64,000 nt of DNA from Ideonella sp. (GCA_043720415.1 JAYSSS010000085.1:27866-91865); one strand, 5' to 3'. Positions 40,201 to 47,383 are shown, numbered from the stretch's first letter. Notes: generated from the letters alone by a model not told the origin. A program made the numbers and translations.

Positions 40201-41112
40201 GCCGCTGAAAACGACCGTACCGTTCGACGGGTTCGAGACCACGGCGTAGGCCGCGGTATCGCCGGTGTCCGGATCGGTCGATGACGGCGTGACGGCGATG
40301 CTGGCCGAGTCTTCAGCGCCAGAGGCGAATACCGCGGCTGCGGTCGGCGCATCGTTGGTGCCGGTGACGGTGATCGTCAACGTGCCATTGGTGGAGAGCT
40401 CGCCATCGGTGACGGTGTAGGTCACAGCGACTGCGCGGGTCTGCCCGGCGCGAATGTCGTTGTAGGCGGCGTTTGTCGGGTCAAAGGTGTAAGTACCGTT
40501 CGAGCCGAAGCTCAGGCCAGCAACGGGCGCCTGGTTGACGGCGAGCGCGAAGCTCAGCGCATCATTCTGTGCATCGCTGTCGTTGGCGGCCACGGTGCCA
40601 GCAATGACGCCACCACCTTCGGTGGCACTGGCCGAATCAGCACCCGCCACCGGCGCAGTGTTGGGCTCATCGGCCAACATCAGGATCGCAAGGTTGGTGG
40701 TGGCGTTGGCCGGATTGGTTGAAATCGAGAATTCGTATGCCGTAGCAGTCGAATTGTTGAAGTAAAGCGCAGCCGCCCCGAACACGGCGTTGCTTTCCAG
40801 GCCTGCCAGCCCGGTCATGGCGGAGGGCAACAAGTTGGCTCGGGTAACGCCCGGCTGACCCAGCTGCGCGACCAGGTAGTCACGGCCTTCTGTGGCCACT
40901 GCGCCAGTCATGTGCAGGTTGTCGACGATCCTTTGCGCCCACTGGACATTCGTCAGGCTAGCGAAATTGGCGTTCAGCGTCTCGCTGGCCGCAGCAACGC
41001 TGCCCGTACCCCGCAATGCGCTCAGATAGGTGGAGCCAGGAGCGGCGTCGTACAACGCCTTGACCATGCGAACGATTTGAACGTCGAGGGTATTGGGAAG
41101 CAGATTTGCCAT
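31225..41112 (-). CDS. Giant RTX / S-layer-like surface protein (3295 aa), probable T1SS substrate
   Basis: No signal peptide; helical N-terminal domain of about 150 aa; about 5 cadherin-like/Ig repeats (VNDAPVA, NFNGTDSFTY); dozens of GGxGxDxI repeats; Gly/Asp/Asn/Thr-rich; AGAGGA SD; strong terminator. Confidence 0.93.
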   Translation of the reverse strand: MANLLPNTLDVQIVRMVKALYDAAPGSTYLSALRGTGSVAAASETLNANFASLTNVQWAQRIVDNLHMTGAVATEGRDYLVAQLGQPGVTRANLLPSAMTGLAGLESNAVFGAAALYFNNSTATAYEFSISTNPANATTNLAILMLADEPNTAPVAGADSASATEGGGVIAGTVAANDSDAQNDALSFALAVNQAPVAGLSFGSNGTYTFDPTNAAYNDIRAGQTRAVAVTYTVTDGELSTNGTLTITVTGTNDAPTAAAVFASGAEDSASIAVTPSSTDPDTGDTAAYAVVSNPSNGTVVFSGGAFNYVPNANFNGTDSFTYRVTDGSGATSVATASITVTAVNDAPVAANSSAAGVEDNAVGGTVTGTDTEGSSLTFAVATGPANGSVVLNANGSYVYTPVANFNGTDSFTFTANDGLATSAPRTVTITVTPANDAPVAAAVFATGAEDAASIAVAPSSSDIDVGDSATYSVNSQPANGSVTWNAGTGRFSYVPNLNFNGTDTFTYKVTDSAGAASVAIASVTVQAVNDAPVAAPLSATGFEDTAVVGQVGATDVDGDALSYSVATGPTNGTVTMNANGSFIYNPASNYFGPDSFTYSVTDGKGGTATAVVTLSLAQVADALTTGIDISAGSIRDDIWQGNQFTLNAGDSLDGGAGTDKLVVNVGAGGTTAFASFVLRNVEEFEITNDAGAAVSFDMSSSTGVKTLRDTNSTFDARFNFANTNPDSNANGFDEVNLEVLNLTAGVSVTLDIRNDDAPGNDELNLTVNDSDNDNLDVNQINIIAEGSALGGPDQTTASGIEMVNLTTAGTTGNVRINDLNTPGSTVLNISTASGLTIGDTDANLAAFENALSSTINSVQAAGATGNIALSTEDNDTSVTINLGSGSDTVATGDGPDTVNAGAGNDSVRAGSGNDSITGGTGNDTIAAGEGHNSVDAGDDNDVVTAGAGWDTITGGTGADNISAGNGNNVVTGGTGNDTIVVGSGDDNVDAGDDNDNIDFSAGGFDAINAGNGNDVMNAGTGLDSSYNEFVFPGAGTDQVDGGAGSDTLNLSGDSGDANELDSVRNVEQINLAGEDYSISVTDGAWFDTDTTATTVSATTITGTLFFNGNDGGVGGSGFGGDGPFNSIGAFDDGVLSRAITVLGGNQNDTISTGLGADSIAGNGGNDIISSGAGNDTVEQGSGTDNVNLGSGNDIAIVGTGQLDATDTISGDPGVAPGVGTDIIQFNIVDNNGVFAGDNSSATLDAGISNIDTLLVNDLDGINGDGHTVLVTLNAGYSQNALTIDATSLDSDEGLNVQAGLNAANENLTVLGGEGSDYVDMGDNLNTADSIDGNNGYDYLQAVSVVDADFTNVAEVEQYHMGNNAGDTAVLGAEAQEAGIRTVVDLNGNDVINASGYTTGLTVYVRGGADTVTTGSGNDTVYDQAGTNDTINTGAGNDRIYTDGGDDLIDAGTGADTVDGLAGNDSVSGNDGDDVIIGYGNQVTGADTISGGLGNDTLELNDGLGNVTAVIALPNVTSIDNITAVDSDNDGLGNVANVTNIAFVAGSVATLTTVNVNGRGFGGNAYGTGGDALNVDLSAIGDKDYAFNITGGLGNDTVTGSSLPENLNFQAGGGNDRLNVDATDLGTTLTMAGGAGTDTINMLSGALTDDSFDNITGVEHLTANGGGQALNAQLGARADAALDETTLGYITVTGTTGDDMLLLDPAFNDDVRVNLSAGGNDSVNGAGASSRVVVIADVSDIDVNDVISGGTGAADALWLAADNGTANPTNVTRVESYVITENGDNSATLNLINANFTGVGSGVISVNGAQLDDSTDAEGGSTINAGGITVGALNVITGTGADSITTGSGNDTIDAGADYNLLFVTAANDTVDSGAGADLITTRSGNDSIVAGSGNDTVDAGNGNNTVWGGTGNDSITTGSGADSIEAGDNDDVVSSGNGNDIVFGGTGNDSITLSGGDDQADGGSGNDNISGGTGADVLIGGVGADTLDGGGADGATDIFMYSYRNESNGLLSAIDSITGFVSGQDVIDFRYVGLDPAVQAQFAGINGAVIQFGGNAVNYGDATAAVHNGDGIVQVVFQQDERVLWVDLNDDGSLDNNDLRIKVDVASMQNSDVLNGLTMGPIHVSNGQNITGTIANDYYIIDGAGPVTINGMGGNDTVESNAAGGTVFAPGTTLNGNANNDTLILHHLDDISNVNGGGATGFETVVIANSSVRMTSAQYNGFTSINDGDATSPDTITLSTGGTVVGDADIETYVLEAASNISFSGPHDATDAPGTTGYTVVGSAGNDTITSNSGADSLAGGGGADWINGGAGADSMAGGTGNDTLVGAQDDALLSGGDDTDTLNIGAGFNDLSDGQIDTIENVVITAADLNTNLGDQTEGFNITGTAGADSITGGSGADTVAAGNGNDWVVGGAGADSLSAEDGWDTIVGAQDDALLDGGANSNQGLFSGHDRLNVGASFDDIGNGQIANVEEVVLTAAGTTLNLNNQSEAFTINGSSGDDTISGGNGADTINGNDGEDRLYGGFDTSADVISGGNGNDTLVGEDEDALLDGGANFDTLEVGAWHFHDQSDAQIVGIEAVLIAAAGQRLELESQTEGFIVTGSTGDDLIEMGSGNDTIDGSNGNDEIHGNAGADSIDGGAGNDSIYGAQNDAKLNGGPENDTLVIAGQGTFDDTTNSQIVNIEQVTLEDATNLDLTSQTEGFTVNGSGGNDTIQAAQGNDTIFGNAGDDSLDGSAGADSVDGGTGSDTLVGAQNDVLLDGGADVVGDTDVLEIGASFNDSGDGQIVRIETVLLTNGGTVLVLDQQTEALLIEGSDGNDDITSGSGDDTVVGNGGSDTLNGGAGNDELWVTDGGNATLVGGAGSDDSYKVQNGEATIELADWGTDAVPEASYLGIWPGMSATVNGTNGADLIELWSRVGNDGTLTIEAGSGDDSIYSSDGVDIINTGDGHDFVEANFGNDTIVAAGGEDEFYGMDGDDTFEFGSFIESLDTVNGGVGSDTLNASNLNGNWADGVVNVEVINFLSNNNFADDLTTANTLVAAGQTITINLTGTGGGDDFTIGGSAETDGHFVINGSAQDDDLTGGSLADTLIGNAGNDSLYGGGGNDSLRGGEGSDLIVGGAGADAVNLTETTSAADTVELDMSVAPSGTAANADTVTGFNLANDVIDVNQVGSLISLNAFFTGIDLPATVVNGTVIEIQSSGTTHTVSNLQDVGNAGEVEQLIAYAIANAAPGASALTTADFLTVMLYDASGNAGVYRVDLTALDGDLGTEDFAIDLVGVINGVGINGLTDPNVG

Positions 41113-41141
41113 TTGGGTGATCCTCTTTGTTGAACAGGTGT

Positions 41142-41176
41142 GCCACCAGGCGCGGTGGCTGAACTGGGTGAAGTTC
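41142..41176 (-). promoter_or_regulatory. Two 5'-UTR hairpins of the RTX gene
   Basis: GAACT-n6-AGTTC (41161-41176) and GCCACC-n6-GGTGGC (41142-41159), downstream of a predicted TSS near 41179. Confidence 0.55.
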
Positions 41177-41212
41177 CGCGTACGTAGTGTGCTGCTCCAG
41201 ACAAGCCGCCCA

Positions 41213-41228
41213 TGTGATGGCCATCACA
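41213..41228. promoter_or_regulatory. Perfect CRP box upstream of the RTX gene
   Basis: TGTGA-TGGCCA-TCACA; minus-strand CACACT at 41191-41186 is placed as the -10 of a class II (-41.5) promoter. Confidence 0.85.
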
Positions 41229-41451
41229 GGCCAGGGAAGACTGTCAGGTAACAACGGTGATTGAAATTGACGCCGACTCGGGAAGCCATGCCGTAAGCAA
41301 ACCCGCCGCGCCTGGTGCGTCGGCCGGGACGGTAGCACAGTTGCCCTGCGCTTCACTCTGGGGAAGTGCGCTAAGCACCGCCTCAGGCCCCAGGTGCGTC
41401 GTCAGGACACAACACAAGCGACGCCAAGGGGAAGTCTGGCGGCTGGTGCGG

Positions 41452-42927
41452 TTACCAACCAAGGCGAAACCCGGCATAGAAGGTGGCGCCTCGATGCTCA
41501 AACAAGGCCAGGTTGCTGGACTGCCCAAGCTGTTGCAACTGGGCAACGATCTCGGCGGACTTGCTGCCCGCAATCGCGATGGGTCGGCTGAGTTCGATGG
41601 ACAGGTGCTGTTGTGACTGCCGCCGGATGGCGTTGTTCGAAAGCAAGGGGCTGTAGCCCTCTCTGTCACGGCTTTGGCTGATGCGGGCCGTGAGTTCAAG
41701 CTGCATGCCGGCGCCGATGGGACCCGCTGCTCGCAAACCCAAGGCGACCAAGCGTTGGGTTTGTCCTGGCCGCTCAGGGCTGTCAGGTGCATCGTTTGCG
41801 GCCCTGAGGGCCAGGCCCCAGGTCCAGTGGCTTGGCCAAGGCGCAGCGCAGTCGGCGTTGCCCTGCAGCGCCGTGGTTTGCCCATTGGAGAGTGACGGTG
41901 CAGGATGGCGGCGCCACTCGAAATCAAGGCCAAGGCGAATGTCGCAACTGGCCCATTTGTGGTCTGCGCCAGCCCCGATGCGCCAGGTTTGATAGGGCTC
42001 GCCCAGGGATCCACCCTGCCAGCCCCAGCCCATCAGCAGCTGCCCACGCCATTGCGCAAACGACTGCGTCCGGGCCATGAACAGGCGCACATTGTGTTGA
42101 TCGGTGGCGCGCTGCGAGGGCGCCTGGCGGCCGCTGAACTGCAGGCCCAGATGCCAACTCGAATCGGCATCCATCGGTCGGTTGGCATGGATGGACCCTT
42201 CGGCCAACCAGGCGGCACCGGCGCGTGGCACCAAGGCTTCGACCAAGGGCAATGTGGCCGTGAAATCCGGGCCCGTGAGGGTCAACTCCGACAGGCGCGG
42301 TGAGTGGTCAAGGTTGGTTTCCCGGCCGTAAAACACACCCAGCTCACGGCGCCAAGTCCACGTGTTGAACGACGCCGGTCGTGCCGCTGGGTCGATGGGC
42401 CCTGACCCGGAGCGGTTTGCCAATGCGGCAATCAAACGGCTCTGCAGGGCCCCCGGAATGTCGACCCGATCGCGCCACTGTCGCGTCAACTCGACCAAGG
42501 CATCGCGCTCGCCCAGCGCGGCCAGTGCCAGGGCATGATCGGCGCGCGCCCCCAGCGCCAGAGGTTCAAGCAGCAGTGAGCGCTCTAACCAAATCAGGGC
42601 TTGGGTCGCGTCGCCGTGCTCCAGCCAGATGCCACCCAGTGTTGCCAGGAAGGCGGCGTGGTCCACACAGTCAATCCGCGCCGCCTCAAGCTGGCGCAGC
42701 AAAACGCCACGCGCCCAAGCTGTGGCCGGCCAATTCGACTGGGCCAGCTGTGCGCAACGCGGGGGCGTGTTGGCCAGCGCCGCCGCGGCTGGCGTGGCCA
42801 AGCCGAGCACAGCCCAAAGGAGCTTGGCCCAAGGCAGCTTGATCGGCCGCCTAGGCGGCCGCAATCCCTTGCTTGTTGGTGGAGCGCGCGCCAACTCCCG
42901 GCGTGCGTCGAGCCCGATCCAGATCAC
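41452..42927 (-). CDS. TPR plus outer-membrane beta-barrel protein (Slam/DUF560-like)
   Basis: Signal-like segment, TPR helices (ALIWLERSLLLEP..ARADHALALA), G.ETN.D..P barrel start, amphipathic strands, terminal FRLGW. Confidence 0.7.
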   Translation of the reverse strand: MIWIGLDARRELARAPPTSKGLRPPRRPIKLPWAKLLWAVLGLATPAAAALANTPPRCAQLAQSNWPATAWARGVLLRQLEAARIDCVDHAAFLATLGGIWLEHGDATQALIWLERSLLLEPLALGARADHALALAALGERDALVELTRQWRDRVDIPGALQSRLIAALANRSGSGPIDPAARPASFNTWTWRRELGVFYGRETNLDHSPRLSELTLTGPDFTATLPLVEALVPRAGAAWLAEGSIHANRPMDADSSWHLGLQFSGRQAPSQRATDQHNVRLFMARTQSFAQWRGQLLMGWGWQGGSLGEPYQTWRIGAGADHKWASCDIRLGLDFEWRRHPAPSLSNGQTTALQGNADCAAPWPSHWTWGLALRAANDAPDSPERPGQTQRLVALGLRAAGPIGAGMQLELTARISQSRDREGYSPLLSNNAIRRQSQQHLSIELSRPIAIAGSKSAEIVAQLQQLGQSSNLALFEHRGATFYAGFRLGW

Positions 42928-42944
42928 AAGTGCGCGCGGCGCAA

Positions 42945-45110
42945 TCAGGCGTCGCCCACGGCGCGTGGGCGGCCCAACAGGCCAGCCCGATCACGGCTCT
43001 CCAACTCCATGACGGATACAGCGTCTTCATCCTGGCCCGGTGCCCCGCGCGGCCAAATGGTTTCGGGTGGCACCCATTGGGCCCAGGCCGCAGGCGCGTA
43101 CAAGTTGCAGTGGCGGCTCAGACCTTCGAGCAAGAACTCCCCCTGCGCCACCGTGGCGGCCATGGGCAGAGACGCCGCCATGCGCGGGCCCACCAGGATG
43201 GGGACAGAAAGGTCAGTAGTCATGGATTGCAGTCTCGCGGCCACGGTGACCGGCTCCCCTAATGCAGTATGTGCTCGCCGCCGTGCCGGCCCGAATGAGC
43301 CGACGATGGCAGCGCCAGATTCGAGCCCGATTCCCAAGGCCAGCGGCTGCTCGGCCGAGGCCTCGGGCAGCCAGCTCTGTGGCGTGAACAGATCCTGGGT
43401 GGCGGCCAACAAATCCTGCCCAGCATGCAAGGCACGCCGGGCATGATCGCTGGCGTCACCGTAGGCATTCCACACCGCCATGATCGAATCACCGGCCACA
43501 TTCTCTACGATGCCACCGTGGCGCTCGATCACCTCCACCGCCGCACAGCAATAGGCATGCAACACGGCGGCGGTTTGCTCGGGCGGGCGGGCGGCGGCGT
43601 AGGCCGCGAAGTTGCGGATTTCGGTGACCATGACGCTGATGTCACGGCGCACCACCTCAAGACTGCCGGTGGGATCGGTGGCGGCCAATCGGCGCGCCAC
43701 GGGCGCAGGCAAATAGGCGCCGAGGTGGGCTGACAAGCGCTCGCGCTGGGCGCGGGTCAAGCCATGTTCGGCAGCGGCCAGGGCACTGGCGCCCAACAAT
43801 GCAAACAGCGCGGTCTCGCACCATGGGAGCCACAGATTGGCCTGCAGCAGCGCCCACGCCGAAGCCATCAGCACGGCCGCGGCAATGGCCAATCCGGCCA
43901 GCGGCAGGCTCTTGACCGCGGGCGCATTGCGACGCGTGGCGACCGCCAGCAACAAGGCCGCGGTCAGTGCCATGCCCAGCACTTGAATAACAAAGGCGGC
44001 CTTTGGCGTGTGTGGCACGCTGTTGTCCAGCAGCCCAGCGATCGCCTGGGCATGCACCTCAACCCCGGCAGCAACGGCGTGCAGGGGGGTGGACTTGGCA
44101 TCACCCAAGCCAAAGGCGGTGGCACCAATCAGCACCACGCTACCGTTCAGTAGTTTGGCGTCAACCCGGCCAGACAGAACATCCGCCGCCGACACCGAGA
44201 GCATGGCGTCGCGATGCAGCCGATAGGGCACCCGCATATCGCCGCGCTCATCAACCGCCACCGCCACGCCTGGCACACCTGCGGAATCCAGCCACGCTGC
44301 CGGCGCCATCAGCTCCGCCCACAGTGAAACAGCGGCGGTTTGGCGCGCCCGCCGCTGCCACGCCGCCGCGGGGCTGTCCGGCAAGGCTGCGACCCGAGAC
44401 AAGGCCGCCAAGGCCAAGGCGGGATATTCCTGGCCTTGATGGCAAATCAGTGCCGGCACCTTGCGCACGACACCGTCGGATTCCATGCGTGGCGTGATGT
44501 GGCCTGTGGCTGGCCGACCGGTCAGCAGGCTGGCCGCATTGCCCACGAATCCGAATGAAAGCGGAGTGGATGGGCCGCAGACGGGGCTGCTTGCGGCACT
44601 TGCCGCGCCGCTGGTCGCGGCACCCGTCACCGTACTGGCTGCAGGCGCGGCCATCGCGCCCGACACCTGGCCGACCGCCGGCTTGACGTTCGGGTCCAGC
44701 GAGAAGATTTGCCCCAAAACCACGGGCGAGCGGGCCCACAGCGCCGCCAAGGCCTCATCGTCTGGCTTGGTCTCCGGGAACACCATGTCAAAGACCTGCA
44801 CCGCCGCACCGGCGGCGTCAAGACGCTCGGTCAAGCGCGCCAAAGTCGCGCGTGGCCACGGCCAGGCGCCTTCCTGGCGCAGGCTGGCTTCATCAATATC
44901 CACCACCACGACGCGGCGCTCAGGTGCTGAGGAAGCGCCCAGACGCCAGTGCAAATCACCCAAGCGGTCTTCGACGCTGCGCAACTGTGGCCGCGCCAAG
45001 GCACTGACCAGAAACACCAGCAGCGCCGCCAAGCCCAGCGCCAGCAGACGCACCCGCATGGGGTGATCGCGCCAGGCGGTCAGCAGGGTGTGCACGTTGG
45101 GCTTGGCCAT
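42945..45110 (-). CDS. CHASE2-domain class III adenylate/guanylate cyclase-like protein (degenerate active site)
   Basis: VVVDIDEASL.EGAWPWPR, DGVVR, VLIGATA, GVEVHA, three TM helices, cyclase fold GIGLESG...G.P...AARLQ. Confidence 0.9.
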   Translation of the reverse strand: MAKPNVHTLLTAWRDHPMRVRLLALGLAALLVFLVSALARPQLRSVEDRLGDLHWRLGASSAPERRVVVVDIDEASLRQEGAWPWPRATLARLTERLDAAGAAVQVFDMVFPETKPDDEALAALWARSPVVLGQIFSLDPNVKPAVGQVSGAMAAPAASTVTGAATSGAASAASSPVCGPSTPLSFGFVGNAASLLTGRPATGHITPRMESDGVVRKVPALICHQGQEYPALALAALSRVAALPDSPAAAWQRRARQTAAVSLWAELMAPAAWLDSAGVPGVAVAVDERGDMRVPYRLHRDAMLSVSAADVLSGRVDAKLLNGSVVLIGATAFGLGDAKSTPLHAVAAGVEVHAQAIAGLLDNSVPHTPKAAFVIQVLGMALTAALLLAVATRRNAPAVKSLPLAGLAIAAAVLMASAWALLQANLWLPWCETALFALLGASALAAAEHGLTRAQRERLSAHLGAYLPAPVARRLAATDPTGSLEVVRRDISVMVTEIRNFAAYAAARPPEQTAAVLHAYCCAAVEVIERHGGIVENVAGDSIMAVWNAYGDASDHARRALHAGQDLLAATQDLFTPQSWLPEASAEQPLALGIGLESGAAIVGSFGPARRRAHTALGEPVTVAARLQSMTTDLSVPILVGPRMAASLPMAATVAQGEFLLEGLSRHCNLYAPAAWAQWVPPETIWPRGAPGQDEDAVSVMELESRDRAGLLGRPRAVGDA

Positions 45111-45126
45111 GAAAAATCAGCCGGCC

Positions 45127-46521
45127 TCAACGGCCCCAGAGCGTGCGGCCACGAAACAGGCCACCGCCGGCATTGCGGAAAAAGGTGTAGCCGGCTTCTT
45201 TGGTGTCGGCCGAAATGGCGCCCCAAACAAACTGGTCGGAATCAACGACGCGGAATTGACCGGTGCTCGAGACCGAACCGGCAGCACGAAGTTCAGCCTT
45301 GCCGGCCGTTTGCGAGGACATTGCCAAGGCGGTAGCAAAGCTGCGGTTGGCAAAGTTCAGGGTCAGCGTTCCGCCATCGAGCGATGCCGCTTCGGTGCGA
45401 CCGGCAATTTCAAACTGTGCCTGTCCGCGCGTCAAATAGAAGTCCAGCTTGCCTGGGTTGGTGGACGCAAGGCTGGCCGCAGCCAAGGCCTCATCACCCT
45501 TGCGCAGAAGCGACGCGTCGCCGTCGCCCACGCCGGCTGGGCTTCGGCCCTGTGCGGCGGTGACATAGGGCAAGCTGATGTTGTCGAGCCCGCTGGAAGT
45601 GCTCCAGCGGCCCCACACCAACTGGGTGTTGGCATCCACTGGTGTATTGAGCTTGCCGGCGTCGAAGGGGCCCAAGGGCGCATAAACCAGCACCTGCGCT
45701 GCAGCGATGTCATTGCTGAAATTGCGTGGGTCTGATGAGTGCGCCATCGCCGCGGCGACCACCGCTTGACCGGCGCCGCGCATGTCGCTCGCGGGCCCGT
45801 TCACGGCGAGCACGGCACTGATGGCCGGCACCACGCGCGGTGTTCGATCGCCGGCACGCATCTCCACCATCATCTTGCCCATGTCGGCCGACAGCAGGCT
45901 GGCGGACCGCCCGCTGCAAGGCCCCAGGGCTTCGGCCAAGCAACCGTTGCCCAGCGGCGACATCACGATGGCGCCCGACGCCACACTGACGCGCGATTGA
46001 TCGGCACCGGCCTGCACGATGAAATCGGTGCCGCGCACGCCGATGGCAGCAATCGGCGTATTGAGTCGAAATCGTGATTTGTCGGCCTCCGTGGCCAGCC
46101 CGGAAATCGAGCGCCCCACCCCATTGGCCACCTTCAGACGAACCTCATTGCTCTGCGGTCGAGCTGCATCGTATTGATAGGCCTGCACCTCCATCACGCT
46201 GTCCGGGCGCACACTGAATGCCGCGTTGTCGATGAAGCGCACATGCACATGGCCGTTGGCCGCGGTCTCGATGCGATCGCCTACCACAATGGCCGCGCCC
46301 TGCTTGAGCACCGAAACGCTGCCATCCTTGTGAAACACCTTGGCCGAACCGATCAAGAGGCTGACCTGCCCGACCGCGTCGGCGGCTTGGCTCAGCGAAG
46401 GGCACAACAGTGCTGCAGCCAGGGCCAGCGCGGCCGCCCCGTCGCGCCGCCAATGGGCACGCGAAATTGGCGGTGATGGAATCACATTGGCTCTAAGCGA
46501 GCCGTGCTGGCTGCGTATCAT
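45127..46521 (-). CDS. Exported FecR-domain protein with beta-rich C-terminal domain
   Basis: Signal peptide (SQA-A), VGDRIET, FRLNTPIAAIGVRGTDFIV, RVSVASG; C-terminal TLTLNFANRSFAT. Confidence 0.85.
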   Translation of the reverse strand: MIRSQHGSLRANVIPSPPISRAHWRRDGAAALALAAALLCPSLSQAADAVGQVSLLIGSAKVFHKDGSVSVLKQGAAIVVGDRIETAANGHVHVRFIDNAAFSVRPDSVMEVQAYQYDAARPQSNEVRLKVANGVGRSISGLATEADKSRFRLNTPIAAIGVRGTDFIVQAGADQSRVSVASGAIVMSPLGNGCLAEALGPCSGRSASLLSADMGKMMVEMRAGDRTPRVVPAISAVLAVNGPASDMRGAGQAVVAAAMAHSSDPRNFSNDIAAAQVLVYAPLGPFDAGKLNTPVDANTQLVWGRWSTSSGLDNISLPYVTAAQGRSPAGVGDGDASLLRKGDEALAAASLASTNPGKLDFYLTRGQAQFEIAGRTEAASLDGGTLTLNFANRSFATALAMSSQTAGKAELRAAGSVSSTGQFRVVDSDQFVWGAISADTKEAGYTFFRNAGGGLFRGRTLWGR

Positions 46522-46629
46522 GGTGATGCTCCTGACCGGCTAGGCGATCCAATGGGCGGCAACCGGATTGAAAACCTTCCGGCCTGCGAGCAGCCCGCGT
46601 CGATGCTGGGGCAAACCCCGCTTGAGTGA

Positions 46630-46645
46630 TGTGCCGTGCGTCACA
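46630..46645. promoter_or_regulatory. CRP-like box between divergent fecR-like and crp-like genes
   Basis: TGTGC-CGTGCG-TCACA (one mismatch); minus-strand CAGCAT at 46608-46603 has class II spacing. Confidence 0.7.
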
Positions 46646-46679
46646 TTGCCACCCGGTTTATGCCCCTTACCCTGAATTC

Positions 46680-47378
46680 ATGCCGATTCTGATCCCGATC
46701 CTGCAAGGCCTGCGGCTGTTTGACAGCCTGCCTTCGGCCCGGTTGATGGAATATTCGCAGACCATGACAGAGCGCCGACTGGACCGGCGCGAGGTGGTGA
46801 TCAAGCGCGGCGAGACCGACGGTGGGCTCGGGTTTTTGATTGAAGGCCGCCTTCAGACCGTTGATTTCACGCTGGACGGAAAAGAAGTTGGTATTGACTT
46901 CGTTGAGATCGGCGACTTCTTTGGCGAGCTCTCCATCATCGACGACCTGGCGGCGCCCGAGTACGTGATTGCCGTGGCGCCGTCGCGCATTGCGATGCTC
47001 GACCGCGAGCGTGCCCGCGACCTGATGTTTGCCACGCCGACCGCGGCCGAGGCCGTGGCCAGGCGCCTGGCCCAGCGCATGCGGCGCTCGGCGCGGCAGC
47101 GCTCGGTGCTCGCCCTGCCGAGCTCATTCCAGCGCGTGTCGGCGCAACTGGGCCTGTTGACCGAGCTGCGTGCGGATGGTCAGGCGGTGATCCAGCTGCC
47201 GCCCACGCACCAGGAAATCGCCATCATGGTCAACACCAGTCGCGAGACGGTCACGCGCACGCTGCAATTTCTGCTGGGCTTGAAGATCGTGGTCCGGGTC
47301 GGCACCGACCTGGTGGTGGCCCGGCCCGAGGCCTTGCAAGAAGCCATGGACGGTCGCCTGGCACCAGGCAAGTCCTGA
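46680..47378 (+). CDS. Crp/Fnr family transcriptional regulator
   Basis: DGKEV..GDFFGELS beta-roll; HTH THQEIAIMVNTSRETVTRTL. Confidence 0.93.
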   Translation: MPILIPILQGLRLFDSLPSARLMEYSQTMTERRLDRREVVIKRGETDGGLGFLIEGRLQTVDFTLDGKEVGIDFVEIGDFFGELSIIDDLAAPEYVIAVAPSRIAMLDRERARDLMFATPTAAEAVARRLAQRMRRSARQRSVLALPSSFQRVSAQLGLLTELRADGQAVIQLPPTHQEIAIMVNTSRETVTRTLQFLLGLKIVVRVGTDLVVARPEALQEAMDGRLAPGKS

Positions 47379-47383
47379 GCGCC

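Noticed and set aside
46472-46486. Third CRP box GGTGA-N5-TCACA
   Set aside because: Spacer is 5 bp rather than 6 and the site lies within the coding region.
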